DNA from: a virus
Taxonomy: Duplodnaviria; Heunggongvirae; Uroviricota; Caudoviricetes
Virus record (IMG/VR): IMGVR_UViG_2859821903_000003
Span: 1-58,025 of that record
Direction: 5' to 3' (one strand)
Length of the DNA stretch: 58,025 bases
Shown in pieces: positions 1 to 10,406 of the stretch. The notes beneath the pieces are model-generated. The model had not been told where the DNA came from, did no database searches, and was given only the letters and a program-made list of their open reading frames with translations. Both the position numbers and the translations under genes were made by a program. Every line of letters begins with the position of its first letter. Position 1 is the stretch's first letter.

Positions 1-1461
1 ATGAAAAAATTACTGCGTCTTTTTTTCCCGCTCTCGCTGCGGGTACGTTTTCTGTTGGCAACCGCTGCGGTAGTACTGGTGCTTTCGCTTGCCTACGGAA
101 TGGTCGCGCTGATCGGTTATAGCGTCAGTTTCGATAAAACTACGTTTCGGCTGTTACGTGGCGAGAGCAATCTGTTCTATACCCTTGCGAAGTGGGAAAA
201 CAATAAGTTGCATGTCGAGTTACCCGAAAATATCGACAAGCAAAGCCCCACCATGACGCTAATTTATGATGAGAACGGGCAGCTTTTATGGGCGCAACGT
301 GACGTGCCCTGGCTGATGAAGATGATCCAGCCTGACTGGCTGAAATCGAATGGTTTTCATGAAATTGAAGCGGATGTTAACGATACCAGCCTCTTGCTGA
401 GTGGAGATCATTCGATACAGCAACAGTTGCAGGAAGTGCGGGAAGATGATGACGACGCGGAGATGACCCACTCGGTGGCAGTAAACGTCTACCCGGCAAC
501 ATCGCGGATGCCAAAATTAACCATTGTGGTGGTGGATACCATTCCGGTGGAGCTAAAAAGTTCCTATATGGTCTGGAGCTGGTTTATCTATGTGCTCTCA
601 GCCAATCTGCTGTTAGTGATCCCGCTGCTGTGGGTCGCCGCCTGGTGGAGTTTACGCCCCATCGAAGCCCTGGCAAAAGAAGTCCGCGAACTGGAAGAAC
701 ATAACCGCGAATTGCTCAATCCAGCCACAACGCGAGAACTGACCAGTCTGGTACGAAACCTGAACCGATTGTTAAAAAGTGAACGCGAACGTTACGACAA
801 ATACCGTACGACGCTCACCGACCTGACCCATAGTCTGAAAACGCCACTGGCGGTGCTGCAAAGTACGCTGCGTTCTCTGCGTAGTGAAAAGATGAGCGTC
901 AGTGATGCTGAGCCGGTAATGCTGGAGCAAATCAGCCGCATTTCACAGCAAATTGGCTACTACCTGCATCGTGCCAGTATGCGCGGCGGGACATTGCTCA
1001 GCCGCGAGCTGCATCCGGTCGCCCCACTGCTGGACAATCTCACCTCAGCGCTGAACAAAGTGTATCAACGCAAAGGGGTCAATATCTCTCTCGATATTTC
1101 GCCAGAGATCAGCTTTGTCGGTGAGCAGAACGATTTTGTCGAGGTGATGGGCAACGTGCTGGATAATGCCTGTAAATATTGCCTCGAGTTTGTCGAAATT
1201 TCTGCAAGGCAAACCGACGAGCATCTCTATATTGTGGTCGAGGATGATGGCCCCGGTATTCCATTAAGCAAGCGAGAGGTCATTTTCGACCGTGGTCAAC
1301 GGGTTGATACTTTACGCCCTGGGCAAGGTGTAGGGCTGGCGGTAGCCCGCGAAATCACCGAGCAATATGAGGGTAAAATCGTCGCCGGAGAGAGCATGCT
1401 GGGCGGTGCGCGGATGGAGGTGATTTTTGGTCGCCAGCATTCTGCGCCGAAAGATGAATAA
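1..1461 (+). CDS. phoQ: Sensor histidine kinase PhoQ (complete, 486 aa)
   Basis: Full-length translation matches E. coli PhoQ from memory ([19 protein letters not shown]..., HAMP, histidine kinase and ATPase motifs). Confidence 0.95.
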   Translation: MKKLLRLFFPLSLRVRFLLATAAVVLVLSLAYGMVALIGYSVSFDKTTFRLLRGESNLFYTLAKWENNKLHVELPENIDKQSPTMTLIYDENGQLLWAQRDVPWLMKMIQPDWLKSNGFHEIEADVNDTSLLLSGDHSIQQQLQEVREDDDDAEMTHSVAVNVYPATSRMPKLTIVVVDTIPVELKSSYMVWSWFIYVLSANLLLVIPLLWVAAWWSLRPIEALAKEVRELEEHNRELLNPATTRELTSLVRNLNRLLKSERERYDKYRTTLTDLTHSLKTPLAVLQSTLRSLRSEKMSVSDAEPVMLEQISRISQQIGYYLHRASMRGGTLLSRELHPVAPLLDNLTSALNKVYQRKGVNISLDISPEISFVGEQNDFVEVMGNVLDNACKYCLEFVEISARQTDEHLYIVVEDDGPGIPLSKREVIFDRGQRVDTLRPGQGVGLAVAREITEQYEGKIVAGESMLGGARMEVIFGRQHSAPKDE

Positions 1462-2195
1462 ATATGTCCTTTTATCACCATATCAAGACAAACCATTGAT
1501 TTAATTAAATAATCTGCACTGAAAAAAGTGCCAAAAATCGCAAATTGACTACACCATTAACTACACCGTTCGGTGCACCGTATGAAACAACGTGGAACAA
1601 ATAGACACAAGAAATATACAGGCGGATCATCTTTCCAGGGGAAGCGCACCAATTCATGAGGGGCGTTAATGTCTATATGGGGATCCCCACCTACCGGAAT
1701 TTTTTTCCGGTTAAACGTTAATCAGGCTGGTGGGCTTTACCTGTTCGGTAGGTGTTATGATTATCGTAATACCTTTCCCCAATGGGGTAAAAGCATCAAC
1801 CGTAACGAAAGTCGTTATGGTTGCCACTGATACCCCCAATTTGGGTATCACGAGTAAGCCCCAAAATCTGGGTGTTACTCTTACTACCCAAACTACGGGT
1901 AGTTTCCGTAGTTTCATGGTCGAGTTGCAGATCTGCAACTCCCCCATTAACCACAGGCGAATTTCCGCCTTCGGTCATTCCTTAATCATCTGCGTAATCA
2001 TAATGATTATTCAGCAAGCGCAATTTTGCGCTTTGCTTAAAGTTCAGCGAGTTACCGCGCCGACTTCCTCAAATTGAGGTTTCCGAAAATATCAGCGGGT
2101 TAGCGATTAAGCTGATCATTAATTAAACTGCGAAAATGTCGTAGTTGTGAGGGGTGTAGCCAACCCATTTTTGGGCCGTCGGGAATATCAACCAG

Positions 2196-2477
2196 TTACC
2201 GCCGCAACCGCTCCGGCTTCTTCCAGTGGTACGTTATTTTCTCCTTCTCCCGATACATCTCCACGCGGCGACGGTAGGCCTGCAACTCAAGAACTCTGGT
2301 TCGTATGTTGCGCATATCCACGCCATTAAGTTCTATACCATCACGGCGCATCACCTCAGCAACAACACGCGCATAGTTTTCGGCTGTCACGCTGTCCGGC
2401 TGCGTGGCCTGTTCGTCAGCCTGCTGGCTGATTCCGGCAACGCGGCGGATTAATCCCGTTATTTCGGCTTCTGTCAT
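2196..2477 (-). CDS. Hypothetical protein (93 aa), last gene of packaging operon
   Basis: ORF directly downstream of TerL on the same strand; no recognisable motif. Confidence 0.35.
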   Translation of the reverse strand: MTEAEITGLIRRVAGISQQADEQATQPDSVTAENYARVVAEVMRRDGIELNGVDMRNIRTRVLELQAYRRRVEMYREKEKITYHWKKPERLRR

Positions 2478-2490
2478 GCTGCTGACCTCA

Positions 2491-4152
2491 TTACACCCCG
2501 CTAAATTCTTCCAGTTTCTGGCGGTGGCTGTCGCTTATATCAAAAGCAAAATCCTCATGCTCTGCCTGGAATGTACCAAACGCCATCAGCGCCGCCACGC
2601 TCGGGTCTATCTTGTTCGGTGATTTTTTCTTGTTCGGCTTGATATTGGCGTTCGCGTCACTCTGCATCACGACGTTACTCATCGACCAGGACAACACCGG
2701 ATCGCCACGATGCACAATCACCCTGCGGTTAACAAAAACTTCGAACGATTTCGCCGCCGGACTTAATCTGAGGTAGGTTTGCGGGAACGGCTCCACCTCA
2801 AAACCTGCCCCCTGTAATTGCGTTCTGAGATGCGTGGCGTTCCACGTATCAAAGCCCACCAGCCTGATATTAAATTTCTCCGCGTCCTGCATGATGTCAT
2901 CTCTGATCCGGTCGTAATCAATGCAGTCGCCAGGCGTTGTGCGTATCCAGCCTGCTTTAGCCCACTGACGATAGATGGCGCGGTTTTTATTGGCGGGGTT
3001 CTGTAGCTGGAACTCCGGCAGATAATGACGGGAAACCAGCATAATGGTTTTACCTACCGGAAAGGCATAGCACACGCTGGAAATATCGCTTGTGGATGAT
3101 AAATCCAGCCCCGCGTAACACTCCTAGCCGTGTAAATCTTCCTCCGTGAACGTTCCGGCACACTCAGCCCATGCGCCGTTACCCATCCACGGGGTAGTCC
3201 CCTGACACCAGATATTAAATCGCTTTGTCATCATCTCCACCCACTGCGACGGAATACCCCGCGCTTTCTGGATGGTTGAGGCCAGTTTTTCACGATCCAC
3301 GGAAACATCAATATTAGGGTTCGCCTTTATCCACATCGCCGGATCATCAACCTCGTTTTCGTCGTCCAGTTCGTAAATCAGTACAAAAATTGAATCGTTA
3401 ACCTCTTCGCCGTCCAGGATCTGGCAGCAATAATCATAGTGCTGCTTACAGGCTGAAACGACGTTGCTGCCTGATGTGGTAATGGCAAATAACAGCCCTT
3501 CGGGACGTGCGCCCATCCCCAGCTCAAGCGCGGAATAAACGCCGTTATCGGGGTGCAAGTGGTATTCGTCCACGATGGAAAGGCTGGGGTTTGTTCCCTC
3601 GATGGTTGCCGCTTTTGCTGCCAGCGGCTTTAACAGGCTGTTGCTTTTCGGGTGTATCACCTTATGCGCCTGAATATTCACCCGCCTGCGTAACGGTCGG
3701 GATAAAAGGCACATCTGACGCGCATCATCAAAGACGATCCGCGCCTGGTCACGGCTCACCGCTGCGGTGTAGATATCCTGCTGACCGTTCTCCATAATCA
3801 GAAACCAGTTAGCCAGAATCGCGGCGGTCGTTGATTTCGCATTTTTGCGCGGCACTTCGATAAAGGCGCTCGTATATTTGCGCCGTCCGGTGGCCTTAAC
3901 CTTAAAGCCGAGGATGCACGCAAAGGCGAACTGCTGCCACGGCTCCAGCTCAATGGGTCTGCCACGCATCGGCCCTTTTACGTGCGGGCACACCCTGGAA
4001 AAGGCAATAAACCGATCCACAACCTCACGATCGAACGTGTAAAGGGGGCTTTTAAGGTCTGAAAAGTACCGTTTAACGGCCTGTTTCAGCCGTTTACAGG
4101 CCGGAATTTTGCCCGTTTTTACGTCTTCTGCGTACTTATTCCAGGCGGTCAA
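2491..4152 (-). pseudogene. Terminase large subunit, interrupted by in-frame amber (TAG) at 3124-3126
   Basis: ORF 3124-4152 is the terminase ATPase-like N-terminal part and ORF 2491-3075 the nuclease-like C-terminal part; both are in the same frame, separated only by one TAG. Confidence 0.75.
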
Positions 4153-4492
4153 GCTCGTCCTCTTCTTCTGTTTCCGGTGGATTTTTACGGCGGCTTATCG
4201 GGTCAAAACCGAGCAAGGAGGCCATTTTTATCATCACTCTTTCCGCGTCGGATTTCGCGCTTAATGTGGGGTTTCTGCTCTCTCCGCCCTGACTGTTAAC
4301 AATGCTGAACCCGCGCGCCGCAAGGTCTGCGACGGCTTTCCGGTATATCGAGTAATTGACGCAATACAGTTCCAGATTGCTCCAGTCGGCGGGAGTCAGG
4401 TCACCCCGTTCCGCAAGCTGCCGCGATTTTTCCCGCCACTGCTTCACGGCGATATCATCCAGGTAGGCGGGGGCTTTCGGTGGTCTTGCCAT
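4136..4492 (-). CDS. Terminase small subunit (P27-family-like)
   Basis: 118 aa ORF overlapping the TerL start, located after the HNH gene; typical HNH-TerS-TerL arrangement. Confidence 0.65.
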   Translation of the reverse strand: MARPPKAPAYLDDIAVKQWREKSRQLAERGDLTPADWSNLELYCVNYSIYRKAVADLAARGFSIVNSQGGESRNPTLSAKSDAERVMIKMASLLGFDPISRRKNPPETEEEDELDRLE

Positions 4493-4781
4493 GCTTATTT
4501 TTTCGCCAGATTATTTTTCAAAAAATTCCCGTGCATAAAAATTTGAGGAGGCGGTCGGTGCCCGGCGGGGTCGGGTTTGTCCTGAAAACGCCCCCCACCC
4601 CGTCATACAGCCTCATCAGCGATTGCGGAAACATTCCATAACCTCGCGGTCACGGTCGGTTAATCGCTTCGCTGTGATGCGTTCTGCGCGTCCTGACGCT
4701 TTATCTTTATGCCCTGTTTCCTGTGTCTTCCATGCGTCACGCTGCCTTATAAGTCCACGGATAAGGCGGTTTTGTTCCCGC

Positions 4782-5222
4782 TCATTCATCAGCGTCATAC
4801 ATCCAGTTATTGCGGTTAGCGGCCCGTTCTTCCTCTTCACGAAATCCACCTGCGGCACGCTTACTTTTTGTTGCCGGATCAAGCCATTTCGTTTTCTGGT
4901 TATGGCACGCCTGACACAATGGTTGATGGTTCCATTCGGGCCAGAAGAGAACATCATCACCGCCATTAATCGGGATAATGTGATCCACCACCACGGCGGG
5001 CGTATATATCCCCTTCTCAAGGCATCGCACGCATAACGGGTTTTTACTCAGATACATGGCGCGGTATTTGTCCCACTGTCTGGAGTACCCACGCGCGCGG
5101 CGGTGTCCTCGTCTGGCATCCTCTGCACGCCATGCCGCCCGCCTGTGCTCCTCACACTTGCCGGACTTCACGCGCCTGTTACAGCCTGGTTCTGTGCATC
5201 GTCTTAATGGTTGCCACGGCAT
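4782..5222 (-). CDS. Phage-associated HNH endonuclease
   Basis: Motif DHIIPINGG...NHQPLCQACHNQKT; position next to the terminase genes as in cos-packaging phages. Confidence 0.75.
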   Translation of the reverse strand: MPWQPLRRCTEPGCNRRVKSGKCEEHRRAAWRAEDARRGHRRARGYSRQWDKYRAMYLSKNPLCVRCLEKGIYTPAVVVDHIIPINGGDDVLFWPEWNHQPLCQACHNQKTKWLDPATKSKRAAGGFREEEERAANRNNWMYDADE

Positions 5223-5518
5223 CAGTACACCCCCACATCACGGTAAGCCGTCCAGAGTACACCAATCGTCATGGGTACGCGTGTTTTTGCGTTATCCGCG
5301 ACAATCTGGCGATTTTCATACAGGTGAGCGATAAACATCATGCAGCCAATCTTTATGGCTGGCGTGAACTCCAGCCCGTCATCAAAGCGCCTGCCTATGT
5401 GTATCTGGCACGCCTCAAGCGATGCGGCAATGTATCCGCTGATTAACTGGTCTTCCTCGTCGCCATCGATGCGGCAATGGAGTTTCACTTCTTCCAGGGT
5501 GATAAGTTCTTCTGTCAT
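5222..5518 (-). CDS. Head-tail connector / DNA-packaging protein (gp6-like)
   Basis: 98 aa ORF in conserved position after the head-closure gene; translationally coupled. Confidence 0.45.
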   Translation of the reverse strand: MTEELITLEEVKLHCRIDGDEEDQLISGYIAASLEACQIHIGRRFDDGLEFTPAIKIGCMMFIAHLYENRQIVADNAKTRVPMTIGVLWTAYRDVGVY

Positions 5519-5895
5519 TTTTCCGCGCCCTCACGACAAAGAATTTCAAGGCGTGTCCTGGCGGCATCCGGCAGCGGCTGCCCGATGATATTCAGTACAC
5601 GCCCCGCCAGCGGCCCCGTATTGACCTTTATCCGGCTGGTGGCGTTGATGTCCTTCCTGTAGCGTATCCATACCCTTACCGTTCCAGTCGCCAGTTCTGC
5701 ACCCGATGAAATGGCCTCCTTGCTGCTGATCATGTTCACGCTTGCCCAGAGTGTGTGACCGTCCACCCACGTTTCGAGTATTTCGCCCGTCATGGCTCTG
5801 GTCTGTTTCAGGGTCTGAATCGTTACCCTGTCACGCAGTCGCCCTATGTTCATTCCGGTTTTTCTCCCTCGCTGATTTTTACTTCCTGTTTCCAT
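5515..5895 (-). CDS. Head closure / head-tail adaptor protein
   Basis: 126 aa ORF between portal and connector genes; family assignment by position and size. Confidence 0.45.
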   Translation of the reverse strand: METGSKNQRGRKTGMNIGRLRDRVTIQTLKQTRAMTGEILETWVDGHTLWASVNMISSKEAISSGAELATGTVRVWIRYRKDINATSRIKVNTGPLAGRVLNIIGQPLPDAARTRLEILCREGAEK

Positions 5896-7059
5896 GCCTG
5901 GCTGAACTCATCACCACCATCACGCGGGGACAGCCCTTCACGTTCGCGGGCTTCGTTCGGGCACATAACGCCGGATTTGATGCCGCGTTCATAGGTGGCA
6001 AAGCGTTCGCCAGGTGTGGCCCGTAACAGGTCCGCGCTGTCAAACTCCACCTGATACCGGATACCAGGTACAGGCGAGGCCACCAGCAGGGCGTTTTTTA
6101 TCTGCTTCTCAAAGTTCGCCAGCCACGGGCGCATCGTCATGGTGAGAAATGCGCGGCTTGCCTCGCTGAAATTGCTGTAGGTGCTGTTGCTGTATTCCTG
6201 CAAAAAAATCGGCGAGACGTTGAACATTCGGGCGATGTCTTCAATGGTGAAGCGACGGGAGGCCAGCCATTCAGCATCCTGATTACTCATGCCCAGCTGC
6301 TGATAGCTCATACCCCCTTCAAGGATGGGCGTTTTTCCGGCGTTTCTGGCCCCTTTGTAGCGTTCCAGCGCGGCTAATGCCTGTTTGCCCTTCACGCCGT
6401 CCAGCCATTCGCCTGACGTGATAACCCCTGCCGCCATCATGCCATCACGCATCACGCTCGCGCCGTGGCGTTGTTGGGCCAGCCCAAGCCCCAGCGATTC
6501 GCGGCAGATGGTTACAGGTGAGCGCCCCATAAAACCGTCATCCGTGGAGTAACGAAGGTGGAGAACCTCCCACGGTAAATAGTTGCGGGTGTTTCCGGTG
6601 TAGGCGTCAGTGATGCAGTAGCGCCAGTTATGCTCACCTGTCTGCTCAACGTTCACCGACTGCGGCGGGTAAGGATGCAAAGCGACCGGAAAACCATCAC
6701 GCCCCCACTGAATCACCGCATAAGCATTACCGTTTAACAGGCAGTGGCGGATCATCATTCGCTTAAACTGGTAGGGGGTTTGCCATGCGTTCGGGCGCTC
6801 GTTGAGGATGTGATCGACCGGATGAGAATCAAGCCACTCGCGGGCCTCCTTCCCCTTCTCATTGCGTACCAGGTACAGGTAACACGGCATGGTAGCCACC
6901 GCCTCAGAGATGACCGTCACGGCGTTCATGACGGCGGGCAGTGATTCCGCTGTCCCCGATGATACGTACTCACCCGCCCCGTGTTCGATGTGCCAGCCAG
7001 CGCCATAAACTCATCAAGCGTCATGCTGCGCTGCTCTTTTTTTCTTCTGAAAGGCCACA
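5850..7059 (-). pseudogene. HK97-family portal protein, probable frameshift near the 5' end
   Basis: ATG at 7059 is coupled to the protease stop and reads MWPFRRKKEQRSMTLDEF... for about 44 codons, then stops; the 359 aa portal-like body (6929 down to 5850) continues in another frame. Confidence 0.55.
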
Positions 7060-7061
7060 TA

Positions 7062-7634
7062 TCACACCCCCGCTAAATCCGCCCACCAGCGGCGATTATC
7101 CGCACGCGGCATTTTTTCGGGGTGCTGCTCATACAGGGAACGGCGGGCCAGCTCCACGTCGGAATCAGGGTAAGCCGGTACGGATGTAACGGTAATTTCG
7201 TACAGTTCCGCCACCAGCACGGTGCGCACGCATGGATCTGTTGTGGTATCCCATACATCCTTACGGGAACGAAAGCCAAAGCTCATGCCGGATATATCAC
7301 CTCGTTTAACCAGTTCGATAACGTCGCGCCCTGTACTGGTATCCGGTGGGGTCAGTTCAAAGCGTAACCCTGTTTCGTCCTCTTCCAGTTTCAGCGTGCC
7401 GGAACGGGTGCGCCCCAGTAACATGCTGTGGTCATGCTCATACAGGCCGCGAACGTCATTACCCGCCGCAAGCCATTCAGTAAACGCCCCCCGCTGGAAT
7501 TTTTCGTAAAACTCACCCCATAACAGTTCTGAAAGCTTATCCCAGCGAACAATGTAGCCCGTCAGCGTACCGGCTCCGCTGGTGGTGATTTCCGATGACC
7601 GGATTTCCATACTCTTCATAATTTTTTCACCCAT
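7062..7634 (-). CDS. Prohead maturation protease (HK97 family)
   Basis: 190 aa ORF between capsid and portal genes; size and position typical of S78-type prohead protease. Confidence 0.7.
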   Translation of the reverse strand: MGEKIMKSMEIRSSEITTSGAGTLTGYIVRWDKLSELLWGEFYEKFQRGAFTEWLAAGNDVRGLYEHDHSMLLGRTRSGTLKLEEDETGLRFELTPPDTSTGRDVIELVKRGDISGMSFGFRSRKDVWDTTTDPCVRTVLVAELYEITVTSVPAYPDSDVELARRSLYEQHPEKMPRADNRRWWADLAGV

Positions 7635-7672
7635 AAAACACTAAAGGGGCTTTTAAGCCCTTCTGTATGCTA

Positions 7673-8830
7673 TTAATCGTCGTCCTGTGGCAGTTCCAGA
7701 ATCTTGATCGCGTTCGAATCCACCACGCCACCGCCTAAATATTTCTGCGCGAAAATTTTGATGAAGCCCGGCTCTGTGAGGTTGTCCGGTCTGGTGCGAA
7801 CACCTGTTTCGTGATCAACAATGTAGTAACCGCGTTTGAAGTCACCCAGGGCAATAACGTTATCCGGCATAAACTCCAGATATTCGACCGGAAGGCCCAG
7901 CAACGTATCAGGATCACCCGCCTGTAAACGGTCACGCCAGATGTAATCACCGTTCGCGTTCTTCACCTTCTGGAGTTTTGCCTCCGTCGTGGAGTTAACC
8001 ACCCAGACCGCGTTTTTGCGGTATTTTTTACGTAATGCAAATTTCAGGTCGATCAGCGGGTCCGCAGATGTCCACGCCAGAGATTCGGAAGGTTTAATTA
8101 CCTGCAACGTACCAAAATCACGCTCTTTGTCGTTCTTCTCTGCACGGGGTACGGATAAAAAGCCTTTTGCTTTTTTGTCACCGTCGCCCACAACCAGATC
8201 GCTTTCTTCGGTTTCCGTGAAGGTGTCGCCAATCTCGCCCGTCAGCCATGAAAGGATGTCCACATCGGAAAAATCCACGATTTCCTGCGTGGTGCGCGGG
8301 TACGCATAGACCGGATACAGCTTAATGCTCACCTCGTTAATCTGCGGGGTGCTGGTCTGTTCGCGTGCCTTACCCTCTTCACCGTGGTTAACGGTCGCAC
8401 CGCCAGCGGAAACAAGCTGCTTAAACTCGTTGCTGCTGATTTTCTTCACGGTACAGATGCGGCGCATGGTGGATTCATCCGTCAGCATTCGCATGATTTC
8501 GGTGTTCAGTTCGGGGATAACGGTATAACCACCATCAGCGGGAACGCCTGTACTCAATGCGCGGGTTTCACCTGTCAGAATGTAGTGACGTAGTTCGGCG
8601 GGGTCAGTGGTCTGGCTGTTTTTGCCTGGTTTACTGCGCTCTTCGTCAGCAACGGCCTCAAGGCGGGAGATGTCTTTATCGAGTGATTCAGCTTTAGCGC
8701 GTAATTCGTCAAATTTTGCGCCCTCAGCATCGTTAAGGCTGCGGTTTTCTTTTTCCGCGTTCTCCAGCATGTCGCGCATCTGATTTTTAATGGCGGTTTT
8801 CTGCTGGCGTAATTCGATTATTCTCGGCAT
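7673..8830 (-). CDS. Major capsid protein (HK97 fold family); start probably MPRIIELRQQ
   Basis: About 385 aa with N-terminal coiled-coil delta domain then capsid-like body; first gene of the head operon. Confidence 0.75.
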   Translation of the reverse strand: MPRIIELRQQKTAIKNQMRDMLENAEKENRSLNDAEGAKFDELRAKAESLDKDISRLEAVADEERSKPGKNSQTTDPAELRHYILTGETRALSTGVPADGGYTVIPELNTEIMRMLTDESTMRRICTVKKISSNEFKQLVSAGGATVNHGEEGKAREQTSTPQINEVSIKLYPVYAYPRTTQEIVDFSDVDILSWLTGEIGDTFTETEESDLVVGDGDKKAKGFLSVPRAEKNDKERDFGTLQVIKPSESLAWTSADPLIDLKFALRKKYRKNAVWVVNSTTEAKLQKVKNANGDYIWRDRLQAGDPDTLLGLPVEYLEFMPDNVIALGDFKRGYYIVDHETGVRTRPDNLTEPGFIKIFAQKYLGGGVVDSNAIKILELPQDDD

Positions 8831-9042
8831 AAAAAAAGTCCTGCAGTTAAGTAAGGAACTCCAGGACGCGGCAAACACTCAACCGTTTTTCATAAGGAAA
8901 TCAGCAATCGCACCGATCGTTTTCCCGCCTGGTAATGAATATTGGCGAGCACATTAACAGGCGGGAAAGTGGCCCCAGCGTCCTGGCACCACGGGCGAGA
9001 ATAATCATGATTCAGTTCGGGTAAAATATGCCGATCCGGTCA

Positions 9043-9072
9043 GCGAACAACGTGGAACAACCACGAACAAAT
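9043..9072 (-). promoter_or_regulatory. Array of 10-bp-phased TTGTTC hexamers upstream of the capsid operon
   Basis: Minus-strand reading TTGTTCGTGGTTGTTCCACGTTGTTC; related arrays at 1584-1611, 14425-14478 and 15811-15838. Confidence 0.45.
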
Positions 9073-9117
9073 AATTTACAAAACATGACAAAAAGCCGGA
9101 TTGCTCCGGCTGTGTGA

Positions 9118-9399
9118 TTATCTGTCCTGGTAATTTCGCCATATTTCATCACCAGCACCATCCATACCCATTTCGGCATAAGTGCGATCGACCGCCTTTT
9201 TCAGGTCTCCGTAATTATCCGGCGGCTCCGGTGGCCTCTGTGCCTTCCTGGAACATTCCAGCCGTCGCATCGTGATGTGATGCCGTTCCTTGTCTGTCTC
9301 CACCAGTTGCATGACTTCACCCCATCGCGCCGACGCTCTCCGGTAAAAGCCTTTCGCCTCCAGTTCTTCCGCTATGCGGTCATGTACCATCGTCCCCAC
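9118..9399 (-). CDS. PerC-family-like transcriptional regulator (tentative)
   Basis: 93 aa; segment AEELEAKGFYRRASARWGEVM resembles the PerC/Pch family as I recall it; not verified. Confidence 0.4.
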   Translation of the reverse strand: MGTMVHDRIAEELEAKGFYRRASARWGEVMQLVETDKERHHITMRRLECSRKAQRPPEPPDNYGDLKKAVDRTYAEMGMDGAGDEIWRNYQDR

Positions 9400-9402
9400 C
9401 CC

Positions 9403-9813
9403 TCAGAACGGAATATCATCACCGTAAGGGTCATCGCCTCCCGCTGGTGGCTGATTACCCTGTGTGCCTGTGGTCTTGCGTCGGCTCCCACCAGGACGTG
9501 CCGCACGGGCACTGATTACGCTGTCTGCAATAACCTGATAACCCTGCCGCGTTTCCCCGTTCTGTCCGGTCCACTGGCTGACCTGCATCGTGCCGGATAC
9601 GCTGGCAACGTCGCCTTTTTGATGTTTAGCCAGGAAGTCGGCCTGCTTACCAAATGCGATGACCGATAGCCATAACGTCGCCTGTCCATCCTGAGCCTGG
9701 CTGCATGGCAGCGATACCGCCATACGCGCCAGCGTCATCGGTGTACCCTTGCTGGTCTGTTTTACCTGCGGGTCGTCCACCAGCCGCCCGTAAGCTGCAA
9801 TTTGTGCTGTCAT
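9403..9813 (-). CDS. ssb: Single-stranded DNA-binding protein
   Basis: OB-fold-like N-terminus, Gly/Pro-rich linker and acidic C-terminal tail ending DDIPF. Confidence 0.8.
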   Translation of the reverse strand: MTAQIAAYGRLVDDPQVKQTSKGTPMTLARMAVSLPCSQAQDGQATLWLSVIAFGKQADFLAKHQKGDVASVSGTMQVSQWTGQNGETRQGYQVIADSVISARAARPGGSRRKTTGTQGNQPPAGGDDPYGDDIPF

Positions 9814-9822
9814 ATTGCCACC

Positions 9823-10128
9823 TCAGTGAAGCGATCCGGCGTTGTTCTTTTTCATCTCTTCCATCATTTTTTCAGTGAGCATTACGCACTGAAAACCCAT
9901 GTTTTTGATGTCCACGGGCTTCATGCCTTTATCAGTGGATATCACAGGAAGAATATCCTGATACACATCGCGGTCAGGGTAACTAAGCACACAAAGCGCC
10001 CATGATGCCACGGGTGAGGATCCTTCGTCTGTTTCAACCCACCAGCCTGGTGTAGCTGCGCTTATTTGCTGAATCGTGATCCGTCCGTTGTGCTTGTAAA
10101 GTTTTTCACCAAATTTTGGTTCGCTCAT
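9823..10128 (-). CDS. Hypothetical island protein (101 aa)
   Basis: ORF in the replication-proximal operon; no motif recognised. Confidence 0.35.
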   Translation of the reverse strand: MSEPKFGEKLYKHNGRITIQQISAATPGWWVETDEGSSPVASWALCVLSYPDRDVYQDILPVISTDKGMKPVDIKNMGFQCVMLTEKMMEEMKKNNAGSLH

Positions 10129-10406
10129 GATTCCAACTCTCCGGTTTTAACGTTGATTGTTGTTACCTGTTCCGCTTCGGCAATCTCCCGTTCTGTCAGC
10201 GTGGCAAAGTTTGCCGCCGCCGTGGTCATGAATGCGCTTATCAGGTCGGGATGTTCCTTCGCGTATCCTTCCCGCGTGTGGCGGTCTATCGTTCTGATTG
10301 CCACCTTTAAGGTGTGCTCAGTCATGTCTAACGCTTTATATTTTGGCTCTGTTCTGTCTCTGCGTTTTTGGGTCATTTCTCGCAACCTCTCACTTTTTCG
10401 CCTCAC
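10125..10406 (-). CDS. Hypothetical island protein (start uncertain, possibly the internal Met at 10325)
   Basis: ORF whose 5' portion overlaps the iteron array. Confidence 0.3.
   Translation of the reverse strand: MRRKSERLREMTQKRRDRTEPKYKALDMTEHTLKVAIRTIDRHTREGYAKEHPDLISAFMTTAAANFATLTEREIAEAEQVTTINVKTGELES

Noticed and set aside
1711-2077. ORFs of 60-115 aa in the repeat-rich island end
   Set aside because: Sequence is dominated by palindromes and short repeats; all frames give similar low-complexity peptides, so treated as non-coding.
4616-5036. Two ~135 aa ORFs overlapping the HNH gene and the HNH-TerS intergenic region
   Set aside because: Overlap the well-supported HNH endonuclease gene on both strands; no motifs.
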